DNA from: Candidatus Woesebacteria bacterium GW2011_GWB1_33_22
Lineage (GTDB): Bacteria; Patescibacteriota; Microgenomatia; UBA8517
Assembly (NCBI GenBank): GCA_000989765.1
Contig: LBOW01000004.1
Coordinates: forward strand, 1 to 51,062
Direction: 5' to 3'
Length of the DNA: 51,062 bases
This document shows, in pieces, positions 8,577 through 16,986 of the stretch. Position numbers and translations under genes: made by a program. The notes under the pieces are model-generated. The model was not told where the DNA came from. It saw nothing but the letters and a program-made list of their open reading frames with translations, and searched no databases. The stretch's first letter is position 1. Every line of letters begins with the position of its first letter.

Positions 8577-9416
8577 ATGGAAATAATTAATAACAAGTCA
8601 AACAAAGGACATGGAAGAAACTGGCTGGTTATCAGTTTAATTTCATTATTGCTATTAATTGCTGGTGCATTATTAATAAGTTTAGAAGTTGGAACAATTA
8701 ATGGTCGCCCACCTCATTGGATAATGATTCCATCAATTATTTCGCTTGCTTCATTCATTATTTTTCTGATTGTTTGGTTAATAGTTAAGTTAAAAAAGTG
8801 GGCAGTATTACCAATTATCTGTTTAATGCTACTAGTTATTAGTATTTATTATATAGCCCAAAAAGAATTAACTAAACTTGACGGTGGCAACAATAATAAT
8901 AACCTATCTGAAACATTTACACCGACCACCTCTTCGACTTGGAATCGTTTTTATTCAACAATAGGAAATTTTAATATTGAATTTCCCTGTGTAGCTAAAA
9001 CGATGGAGACGAACACTAGTAAAATGGATAATGGTTCCGATATGACGAATACAACTTATGCGTGTATGGGTATTACGGGTTCATATATAGTCAGAGCTGT
9101 TTCTTTCCCAACCGAACCTAACATTCTAGATTCTGCAAAAGAACAAGGATTTCTTGAGCAAATGCTTCAAGCATACATAAGTGCTATGGGTAAAAATAAT
9201 CAACTTGAATCATCTTCATTTTCAGAGTTTAAGGATCATCAGAGTATTGATTTTCTAATATATGACACAAATAAAGAATCTTATACTAAGGGTAAGTTGT
9301 TTTACATACAGACATCAAACATAACATCTTTTTTTGGGCTGTCGGCTACATCAGTTGCTATTGACGACATAGATTTAAACTACTTTATAAATTCATTTCA
9401 GATAACAAACAAATGA
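8577..9416 (+). CDS. Three-TM protein with extracellular domain (possibly PsbP/DcrB-like)
   Basis: Three TM helices, then WNRFYS...FNIEFP and terminal YFINSFQI pattern. Confidence 0.7.
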   Translation: MEIINNKSNKGHGRNWLVISLISLLLLIAGALLISLEVGTINGRPPHWIMIPSIISLASFIIFLIVWLIVKLKKWAVLPIICLMLLVISIYYIAQKELTKLDGGNNNNNLSETFTPTTSSTWNRFYSTIGNFNIEFPCVAKTMETNTSKMDNGSDMTNTTYACMGITGSYIVRAVSFPTEPNILDSAKEQGFLEQMLQAYISAMGKNNQLESSSFSEFKDHQSIDFLIYDTNKESYTKGKLFYIQTSNITSFFGLSATSVAIDDIDLNYFINSFQITNK

Positions 9417-9961
9417 ATCATAAAATTAATATAACAACTGAGACTGATAAAACAGTTGAAAACAATTCGGACAAACTAAGTAATTTAAGTTGGATTTTAA
9501 AATTTATTGGTAAAAGTTTATTAATATTAATAGTTTTATTAGTTTTAAAAACCTTGGATTTTTCGTGGATAAAAGGTGAAGTCGTTGGATATAAAAAAAT
9601 GTGTATTGATTGGAGTAATCATGATGATTGTTTATTATATACGGCTGTGAATACAAAAGAGACATTCAAGGTATATGCAAGTAACCAGACTGTTTTTGAA
9701 TTAAGTGAATATGGAACAGATAAATATACTAAATGCACAGTTGTAGACAATAAAAACTGGGAATGTACATATGACGATGAATCAGCAAGATTCGGTTTCG
9801 CCAGAGGAAAGTACTTTTATCGAGGAATCGAATCTGATTATTCTTTAATTTATAAAGCAGTTCAAGAATATGTTGGTCTATCGAGATTTGAATGGTTAAT
9901 TCAAAAAAATATAGACAGTGGATGTATTCCTATAGACCCGTTATGCTATTTATTACAATAA
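9413..9961 (+). CDS. Membrane-anchored Cys-containing hypothetical protein
   Basis: ATGA overlap with the upstream gene; one TM; paired Cys. Confidence 0.7.
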   Translation: MNHKINITTETDKTVENNSDKLSNLSWILKFIGKSLLILIVLLVLKTLDFSWIKGEVVGYKKMCIDWSNHDDCLLYTAVNTKETFKVYASNQTVFELSEYGTDKYTKCTVVDNKNWECTYDDESARFGFARGKYFYRGIESDYSLIYKAVQEYVGLSRFEWLIQKNIDSGCIPIDPLCYLLQ

Positions 9962-9968
9962 TTTGCTT

Positions 9969-10280
9969 ATGAAAATACTTAATAAGAAAGCAACAGTTTT
10001 GACATTTTTAGTTATATGTATAGTTATTTTTTATTTTGTTAATAAGTTCGAATCTTGGAATTTACTCATTTGCAAAGATCCAATTCTAGTAACTGGAACC
10101 TTACATTGTCAACAAAATGAATATGAATTAAAAGGTTATAAATCACAAGCAAGTTGTATGGAAAAAGGAATAGAATTATCAAAGGGGAAAGATTTTGAAT
10201 GTGGTAAAAATTGCCATGAAAATAACGAAGGATTTAATGTCTGTGACGAAATTTGTAATAAGTACAGAGGGTGTAATTAG
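9969..10280 (+). CDS. Small secreted/anchored Cys-rich protein
   Basis: N-terminal TM; FECGKNC...CDEIC...C. Confidence 0.7.
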   Translation: MKILNKKATVLTFLVICIVIFYFVNKFESWNLLICKDPILVTGTLHCQQNEYELKGYKSQASCMEKGIELSKGKDFECGKNCHENNEGFNVCDEICNKYRGCN

Positions 10281-10293
10281 TATATGCAACAAA

Positions 10294-11853
10294 ATGAAAC
10301 TGTTTCATAAATTCAATTTTACTAGTGAAAAAAGGAGAACTACTCTCGAAAAATCAAGTTTGATTATATGGTTAGCCTCCTTATTTATCCTGTCAGGCTT
10401 AGTTTTACTTGCACAGGTTTTTAAAATTACTTCTACATGGTTTGTAATAGTTGGAATTATTTCATTTTTTATTTTTCTTGCCTCCCTCGTTATTTGGCTA
10501 ATATTGAAATTAGTAAAATATCCGAAATTCAATTTATTCTTCTGGTTAGGTAGTTTACTTATGTTTATTGTTAGTTACATATTTCTTCATATATGGACTT
10601 TTAATATGTCAGAAGTAAATCATGCCTATCTTGTATTATTCAACTTCTTAGTTTTAGTGTTATTTATTACATCTTTTGTTGTTTGGCTTTTAACGATTCT
10701 TAAACAAAAAGGATTTGATCTTATAAAATTATTAGGTAATTTGTTTGGTATTTTATGTTCATTAATTAGAAAATTATTCAAAAAACCTTTACAACCTTTA
10801 TCTGTTATAGGAACAATTTTATTGATTGTTTACATCGGATATCTCAATATTAGACTTACAAACATAGAAAAACATTTTGGAGGACGGAATCTTCTCAAGT
10901 GTTCTCTTGACAATATTCAAAAGGATATGGATAAAAATGTAGTTCGTATTGAAGGAAATTTAAGTGAAGGATCAGGTTTTGCTATAAACGAGAATCAAAT
11001 ATTCACTAATTTCCATGTAATTGAAGGCGAGACCTCACCTAAAATAATATTTTCTAATGGAAACATCGGAACACCAACAAAAATTGTTGGAAATAAAGAA
11101 AAAGACATGGCTATATTAACACTACTAAATCACAACCTTACACCGCTTCCCTTTTTTGGTTATTTAGGTACAGCAAAAGAACCCCTAAACATGGTTTTTG
11201 GCGAACCTCTATATGCAGTAGGTTATGCAATGGGGTCTGATCTCAAGGGCGGAGTTACAATAAATAGTGGTTCATATAATGGGGAAAGATATCAGAAAGC
11301 AAACGATATCAACTATATTCAGACAGGTGCATCGCTTGTTGGAGGCATGAGTGGGGGTCCTCTAATTAATTCTTGTGGACAGGTAATTGGTGCAAATACA
11401 TACGGAGTTGCTGGGCTTTCTATGTTTATTGATATTAGTTCAATTCAAAATTCGATAGGAGAACTTTCCGATAAAGATATATCAAAAATCAAAGTCGATA
11501 CTTCAAATCCTCTAGGCATTGTCAATGCATTTTATACATATATTGGTGCAAGAGATTTAAAAAAAGCATATGATTTAATTGATTCTAAAAGACTTGACGG
11601 ACAAACATTTGAAGAATGGTCTCAAGGATATGCAACAACACTTCAAGTAATGTTGCTTTCTGCGAATGTCGACTCAATTAATAATAATAAAATTAATATA
11701 AAATTAGAATCGCAGGATTGGGTAGATGGTTCAATAGTGTTCAAATATTTTGAAGGCTATTGGATAATTGATGATAATCTCAAATTAAAAGATGTTAGTA
11801 TCAAATCTATTGAAAATCCTGATTATCATTTTTTTTATAATGAAACAATTTAA
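10294..11853 (+). CDS. Multi-TM trypsin-like serine protease
   Basis: GSGF, TNFHVI (His), DMAIL (Asp), GMSGGPL (Ser); about five N-terminal TM helices. Confidence 0.9.
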   Translation: MKLFHKFNFTSEKRRTTLEKSSLIIWLASLFILSGLVLLAQVFKITSTWFVIVGIISFFIFLASLVIWLILKLVKYPKFNLFFWLGSLLMFIVSYIFLHIWTFNMSEVNHAYLVLFNFLVLVLFITSFVVWLLTILKQKGFDLIKLLGNLFGILCSLIRKLFKKPLQPLSVIGTILLIVYIGYLNIRLTNIEKHFGGRNLLKCSLDNIQKDMDKNVVRIEGNLSEGSGFAINENQIFTNFHVIEGETSPKIIFSNGNIGTPTKIVGNKEKDMAILTLLNHNLTPLPFFGYLGTAKEPLNMVFGEPLYAVGYAMGSDLKGGVTINSGSYNGERYQKANDINYIQTGASLVGGMSGGPLINSCGQVIGANTYGVAGLSMFIDISSIQNSIGELSDKDISKIKVDTSNPLGIVNAFYTYIGARDLKKAYDLIDSKRLDGQTFEEWSQGYATTLQVMLLSANVDSINNNKINIKLESQDWVDGSIVFKYFEGYWIIDDNLKLKDVSIKSIENPDYHFFYNETI

Positions 11854-11947
11854 CTTCCTACTTCAGTTCGGACTTAAATAATATTTCATCCCCGCAGCAC
11901 CTGTTAGACACTCCCTGAGCACATTCGCTATTTATTGAGGATCAACT

Positions 11948-12493
11948 TTATATCTCTAAAACTTTTCTTAAATCAGCCTGTGTGTAATGATAATAAAGTG
12001 AGGTAGACGATAAACTAGTATGACCCACAAATCTTTGAACCTGAGGTAAAACTGCACCTTTGTTTAATTTATCCGTTATGAAGTGATGACGAAAGCTATG
12101 AGGTCTAATATTTTTGTTTATTCCAGAAGCAGTAACACGTCTCTTTAAGGCAAAATATGCTGATAATCTACTCATTGGCTTGTCTAACCTACCCTTGAAG
12201 ATATAGCCTGTCTTTCTGCCTCCTACGAGCTCAGTTAAAGCCTTTGAGACCCTATCTGTTACAGGCACGATTCTATCCTGTTTGTTCTTTGTATTTCTTA
12301 ATGTTAAAAACTTTTCATTTGAGTCAAAATCTTCAACTTTTAAATTAGTAACTTCTGAAATTCTTGCTCCACTATCCCAAAGTAATTGAATGATTGTATT
12401 TATAATAAATCTCTGAGAAGGATGACAATTTATAGGAGCATTTAAGATTTTTTCTAGGTCTTTTTCTGTTAGAAATGGGTGTGATTTTACCAT
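11948..12493 (-). CDS. Short tyrosine recombinase (catalytic domain only, Xer-like)
   Basis: GARISE, TKNK, HSFRH, VGH, Y nucleophile; only 181 aa. Confidence 0.9.
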   Translation of the reverse strand: MVKSHPFLTEKDLEKILNAPINCHPSQRFIINTIIQLLWDSGARISEVTNLKVEDFDSNEKFLTLRNTKNKQDRIVPVTDRVSKALTELVGGRKTGYIFKGRLDKPMSRLSAYFALKRRVTASGINKNIRPHSFRHHFITDKLNKGAVLPQVQRFVGHTSLSSTSLYYHYTQADLRKVLEI

Positions 12494-12540
12494 TTTCGTT
12501 ATCCTATAACTGTTAAATTTATTGTTTTGTGCCTAAAGTA

Positions 12541-12568
12541 TATTAACATAATAGGTATTATGTATATA
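12541..12568 (-). other. dif-like recombination site
   Basis: Minus strand TATATACATAA-TACCTA-TTATGTTAATA; 11-6-11 layout; right arm resembles the XerD arm TTATGTTAAAT. Confidence 0.7.
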
Positions 12569-12694
12569 ATAGGCTTAACAACATACATTGTCAATATGAG
12601 TATCTTTTTTAGGGTATTTCGTTAATAAATTCTAGGGTTCTTACTTCTTCAGTAGGCACAATATGCATTTTAGTAAGCTTTTTATCTAAAACAA

Positions 12695-13342
12695 TTATGG
12701 TTTTCTCAATTTCCAAATACTTTTTGCATATATTTTTAATAAAAGTTTATAAATCTCATTATGAATGATAATTAAATATCCTTTCATATTAATTTTTTTA
12801 GGTGGAATTAGAAAAGTTAAGCCCCTACTACCTGTTCTAATTCTTGAATAATAATTAATACCCCTAGCATCCTTAAAAGTAATAAAAAACTTATCCTGAG
12901 GTCGTTTATGTTCTTCTCTTGGATCAATTGAAAATTTCATAAATTCACTCAAATCTTTATTAATTTCTCCATTACTATAAGAATTTGCAACGAGAACTTT
13001 CTTCTCACCTCTTTCAATAACATTTACACCTTTAATCAAAAATTCAAATTCATGAATCTTTTGGTCTTTTAAATAAACATGTAAAATCTTTTCAATTTTA
13101 ATGTTATATGCCGATCCGTTTCCAATATTTTTAATTAAATATTCTAAATCACCAAGCGTTTTTCCTGTTGGTTTAATTACAAGTAGAGGAAGGGTTGATA
13201 ATTCATTAGCTTCACTTGTTCTTTTATTACTTAAAAAACCAGCAATCGCAGTAAGAGATAATAATATTAGCGTTATTAAGTTGATAGAAGAATCAGGTAA
13301 GGAAATAGAAGATAGTCTTAGAAGATAGTTCCAGATTTCCAT
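12695..13342 (-). CDS. Hypothetical membrane-anchored protein
   Basis: TM helix, then IKNIGNGSAYNI motif; TATAAT 6 nt before the ATG at 13342. Confidence 0.7.
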   Translation of the reverse strand: MEIWNYLLRLSSISLPDSSINLITLILLSLTAIAGFLSNKRTSEANELSTLPLLVIKPTGKTLGDLEYLIKNIGNGSAYNIKIEKILHVYLKDQKIHEFEFLIKGVNVIERGEKKVLVANSYSNGEINKDLSEFMKFSIDPREEHKRPQDKFFITFKDARGINYYSRIRTGSRGLTFLIPPKKINMKGYLIIIHNEIYKLLLKIYAKSIWKLRKP

Positions 13343-13428
13343 AGGTTGATTATACTTCTTTCTAATCAAAAATAAAAAAGTGTAGAATAATTTGAATTCT
13401 AGAATCTATTTAAGCTATACTACTAACA

Positions 13429-13848
13429 ATGAATAACAAAACGCAAGACAATGACGACATGCGAGACACTCTTCATCCAGTATTTTCAATAAGTGAAATA
13501 AAAAGTGTCAAAGAAATCTCTGAAGAGTATTACAAAGATTATAGGGAATATTGGGATAGCACTTTAGACTCTATTCATAAAATGACTAATAAGTTAAAAA
13601 CAGACAAAAAATATAAGATCAACGAGGAGGAAAATGAAATCCTTAAAAAAAGATTTGAATTATCTTGTAATTGGGAACATAAACAGAAAGAAATTTCATA
13701 TATGATTGAGACAAATATAAACTTTCTCAATGGTAAAACCAAAGGCTCTCTGTACGACATAGTGTGTAATGCAATTTACCCAGATTTTACAACCTCTAAA
13801 GAAATAGATAAAAGAGTTAATGACTGGTTAAAAGGGCAACTTCTTTAG
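13429..13848 (+). CDS. Hypothetical protein
   Basis: 139-aa ORF; TATACT 7 nt before the ATG. Confidence 0.65.
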   Translation: MNNKTQDNDDMRDTLHPVFSISEIKSVKEISEEYYKDYREYWDSTLDSIHKMTNKLKTDKKYKINEEENEILKKRFELSCNWEHKQKEISYMIETNINFLNGKTKGSLYDIVCNAIYPDFTTSKEIDKRVNDWLKGQLL

Positions 13849-14071
13849 ATGTATCTAATTTGGAGAATCTAGATACTCTTGAAGGAGCAATGCGAGTTTC
13901 ATATTTATTTCTTTTATTTACTCAAACAAATTCTTTTGCTTGTCAGATAGAAATTATAGAATATTTCAAACATTAATCACATATAAATATCGTTGAGATA
14001 AATCTTTCATCAGAAGTTGTTTTCTAGTATAATCATAATCACTATGGAAAGGATCAGTGTGATATTCACCT

Positions 14072-14085
14072 CCTGAGCCACCCCA
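14072..14085 (+). repeat. attR-like copy of the tRNA-His 3' end
   Basis: CCTGAGCCACCCCA vs tRNA CCTCAGTCACCCCA. Confidence 0.75.
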
Positions 14086-14120
14086 TAGTTTGTTGAATTT
14101 ATTCATGATATAATTTAAAT

Positions 14121-15032
14121 ATGCTTCTGGATAAAGTTAATGTTACTTTTAAGGCGGGAGATGGTGGAAATGGCAAAGTTTCTTTCAAGAAAATTGGTCG
14201 TGGCCCTGATGGTGGTAGTGGTGGCAAGGGTGGAGATTTATATGTAGTTACCTCTTCTGATTTAACTCTTCTTAATCAATTTAGTAGGCAAGATTTAGTG
14301 GTTGCTGAACACGGCGTAGATGGTGGAAATAATAACCGACATGGAAAGAAAGGAAATGACATTGAAGTAGTACTACCCGTTGGAACTTCAATTATTAATT
14401 CTGAAACTGGTAAAGAGGTAATTGAGTTAACCGAAATAGATCAAAGAGTAAAACTTCTTAAAGGTGGTAATGGAGGTTGGGGTAATTTTGAGTTCAGAAG
14501 CGCTAGAAACACCACTCCAATGAAGGCGCAATCCGGTTTTCCTGGAGAAACATTAAATGCTACTCTTAATTTAAAATTAATCGCGGATTACGGTTTAATT
14601 GGCTTACCCAATTCTGGTAAAAGTAGTTTACTAAACGAATTAACTGATGCAAAGGCTAAAATTGGAAACTATGCTTTTACTACACTTTCACCAAACCTAG
14701 GTGTGTTTAAAAATAAAATAATTGCAGATATTCCAGGACTAATAGAAGGAGCCGTAGATGGCAAAGGGCTTGGTATTAACTTTTTAAAACACATTGAAAA
14801 GGTCAAGGTATTAATTCATTGTATAGATGCAACTTCTGATAATTACAAACGTGATTATAAAATAGTTAGAGATGAACTTACCAAATATAATTTGGAAATG
14901 TTAAAGAAAAAAGAAATAATTTTACTTACAAAATCTGACTTAGTAAGTGGAAAAAGGAAATTTATGAATTCTATCGGAGTTTCTATTTATGATTTTGAAA
15001 GTATAAAAAACTTAATAAAATTACTTTCTTGA
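14121..15032 (+). CDS. obgE: GTPase ObgE
   Basis: Gly-rich Obg domain; GLPNSGKSS, YAFTT, DIPG, TKSD. Confidence 0.96.
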   Translation: MLLDKVNVTFKAGDGGNGKVSFKKIGRGPDGGSGGKGGDLYVVTSSDLTLLNQFSRQDLVVAEHGVDGGNNNRHGKKGNDIEVVLPVGTSIINSETGKEVIELTEIDQRVKLLKGGNGGWGNFEFRSARNTTPMKAQSGFPGETLNATLNLKLIADYGLIGLPNSGKSSLLNELTDAKAKIGNYAFTTLSPNLGVFKNKIIADIPGLIEGAVDGKGLGINFLKHIEKVKVLIHCIDATSDNYKRDYKIVRDELTKYNLEMLKKKEIILLTKSDLVSGKRKFMNSIGVSIYDFESIKNLIKLLS

Positions 15033-16313
15033 AACTGTGTAAAAAATTGGGTGATAAAGAAAAATTGCGGGAACATCTTCAACAATAAATCTTTGAAAAT
15101 CTAAGTAAATTTTCTTTCTTATTTCAAGATCTAATTCTGTCCTGCCGTCTTCCAAAAGTTTGTCTATTCTTGCATTTTTATACCTACTTATATTTGTTCC
15201 TTCTTGCGTTGAATGCCATAGACTGTATTGATCTGGATCCTTAGGTGTATCAACAGTAGCTAAAAAAACTTCAAAATTTTGCGGGATGTCGGGAGTAACT
15301 TCAATTTCGGTATTTACACCTACTTCTTTCCACTGTTTTGAAATTTTTTCTGCCGTTTCTAGTAAGTTAGGTAAAGTTGAAATTTTAATCAGCATGCCTT
15401 TTGCATCCTTTGCTTTTTCTGTATCAATTAAATATTTTTTAACTTGAGGGTTATAGCTCCAAGAATGTGGTGAAATTGGGCCAAAAGCCCTAATTTCGTT
15501 TAATATTTCTTTGTCAAGCGCATAGGCTAAAGCTTGTCTAATCGATTTATCTCTAAATTTTTCATTATTTGTATTAAAAAATAAAGCAACAAAATTTTCA
15601 TAACTTACTTCTTTGGTCAAATGAAGCGTTTTCCAATTGTTAAATTCACCAACATCTTGTAAACCTTCGATTGTATCCACTTCGCCGAGTTTAAGTGCTA
15701 ATTTAATCCTTTCTTCTGTGGGGTAAAACTTATATATTATTTTTTCATTTTGTTTATTTTTAATTGTCAATTTTTGGACAATACCACCGACCAATGAAAT
15801 ATTTTTGACCTTATAGTCACCTAGACCTAAAAGTCCTTTTTTAAAAATAGGCCTTGATAAAATAATTGGAAAGGCTGAAAAATTACTTTGTAAATTAAAT
15901 TTGAGCTCATTATCACTGAGGACTTCTATGGTTGCATCAGAAAATTCATAGTTTATATCACTAGCAATTAATTTTTTGTCGTCTTGCCACTTTACATTCT
16001 CCATTATTTTGAAAGTCCATGTTTTACCTTCATCGGTAGTTTCCCACGAAGTAGAGATATCGGGAACGACACTGCCATCTGTTTCAACTCTGGTTAATCC
16101 TTTTGAAATTTGATTAGTTATTTTGTCAGGCAAATTATTTGTGGTAAATCTTCCCACTATTCCAATTCTAATTGTTGTAGAGGTGAAATTAGGAATAAAA
16201 AAGATAAAGATTATAAAAAAAAGTATACCAATGCCAACACTAATAACAATAATGGCCTTAAATTTAATTATAAAGGCTTGAATAAGTCGAAATATGTATC
16301 TTGTTGATAACAA
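15021..16313 (-). CDS. ABC transporter substrate-binding protein (family 5-like)
   Basis: N-terminal TM; VVPDISTSW...GKTWTF; IRQALAYALD; DVPAIFLY. Confidence 0.85.
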   Translation of the reverse strand: MLSTRYIFRLIQAFIIKFKAIIVISVGIGILFFIIFIFFIPNFTSTTIRIGIVGRFTTNNLPDKITNQISKGLTRVETDGSVVPDISTSWETTDEGKTWTFKIMENVKWQDDKKLIASDINYEFSDATIEVLSDNELKFNLQSNFSAFPIILSRPIFKKGLLGLGDYKVKNISLVGGIVQKLTIKNKQNEKIIYKFYPTEERIKLALKLGEVDTIEGLQDVGEFNNWKTLHLTKEVSYENFVALFFNTNNEKFRDKSIRQALAYALDKEILNEIRAFGPISPHSWSYNPQVKKYLIDTEKAKDAKGMLIKISTLPNLLETAEKISKQWKEVGVNTEIEVTPDIPQNFEVFLATVDTPKDPDQYSLWHSTQEGTNISRYKNARIDKLLEDGRTELDLEIRKKIYLDFQRFIVEDVPAIFLYHPIFYTVSRK

Positions 16314-16314
16314 G

Positions 16315-16521
16315 TTAGATAAAAAGTAAAATCACCGACATTATTAGAAAAATTGCAGTCACAACAAAGGTTAATTTAAAAACCATTTTTTCTACTCCAC
16401 GCCTGGTAAATGATGAAGAATTAGAACTTCGACCAAAACCTGTACCTCTAACTTGTAATAAAACAAAAATTATAAGTACAAATGCGGACAAACTTTGAAT
16501 TATTTGAAAAGTATTTTTCAT
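16315..16521 (-). CDS. secG: Preprotein translocase subunit SecG
   Basis: VLLQVRGTGFG...TRRGVEK between two TM helices. Confidence 0.85.
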   Translation of the reverse strand: MKNTFQIIQSLSAFVLIIFVLLQVRGTGFGRSSNSSSFTRRGVEKMVFKLTFVVTAIFLIMSVILLFI

Positions 16522-16548
16522 ATAATACATTACTATTATACTCAAAAT

Positions 16549-16950
16549 CTATTTAATTAGCCAATATATGAATGAGGATATAATAGAATGTAAAAAGGAG
16601 AATGCAATAACTGCCAAAAATCCTGTAAAGGCTATAACAGGTAGATCAATCCAGAGGCTAGTGTAGCCTCCAAAATTAAAATTAATTATTTTAAATCCAG
16701 GAACGACCATGATAACAATATAAAGTACAGCTACAGCTGCTACCCAACGGAAAAGACCAAATGTAATTAAATTAACTGGCAAAAGAAGAATGTTAATAAT
16801 TGGCTTAGCAATGAGGGACGCAATTGTTAACCCAAATCCTGTTAACAAAAGTGTCTCGATGCCCTTTTCAAAAACCATGCCAGAAGCTATAGAAGAAACT
16901 AAAAATATGGATACAGAATCAATTACAAAATGCCTCAGAATTCTCTTCAT
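16549..16950 (-). CDS. Four-TM phage holin family (YvlD-like) membrane protein
   Basis: KPIINILLLPVNLITFGLF motif. Confidence 0.85.
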   Translation of the reverse strand: MKRILRHFVIDSVSIFLVSSIASGMVFEKGIETLLLTGFGLTIASLIAKPIINILLLPVNLITFGLFRWVAAVAVLYIVIMVVPGFKIINFNFGGYTSLWIDLPVIAFTGFLAVIAFSFLHSIISSFIYWLIK

Positions 16951-16955
16951 GATTT

Positions 16956-16986
16956 AAGTATCATGTATCAAGTATCAAGTGTCAAG
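16956..16986. repeat. Heptamer tandem array (AAGTATC)x4
   Basis: AAGTATC ATGTATC AAGTATC AAGTGTC AAG. Confidence 0.8.

Larger units (their letters stand above)
1649..14085. mobile_element. ~12.4-kb integrative element (satellite/integrative plasmid-like) in the tRNA-His 3' end
   Basis: Serine integrase abuts the tRNA; direct repeat CCTCAGTCACCCCA (1649-1662) vs CCTGAGCCACCCCA (14072-14085), 12/14 identical; core gene obgE resumes at 14121. Confidence 0.85.

Noticed and set aside
11854-11947. GC-richer spacer between the protease and the recombinase as a ribozyme or ncRNA
   Set aside because: No convincing helices or catalytic core motifs found by eye.
16549-16950. Phage holin family gene as prophage evidence
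   Set aside because: The YvlD-like family is commonly chromosomal and here sits between uvrC and secG.
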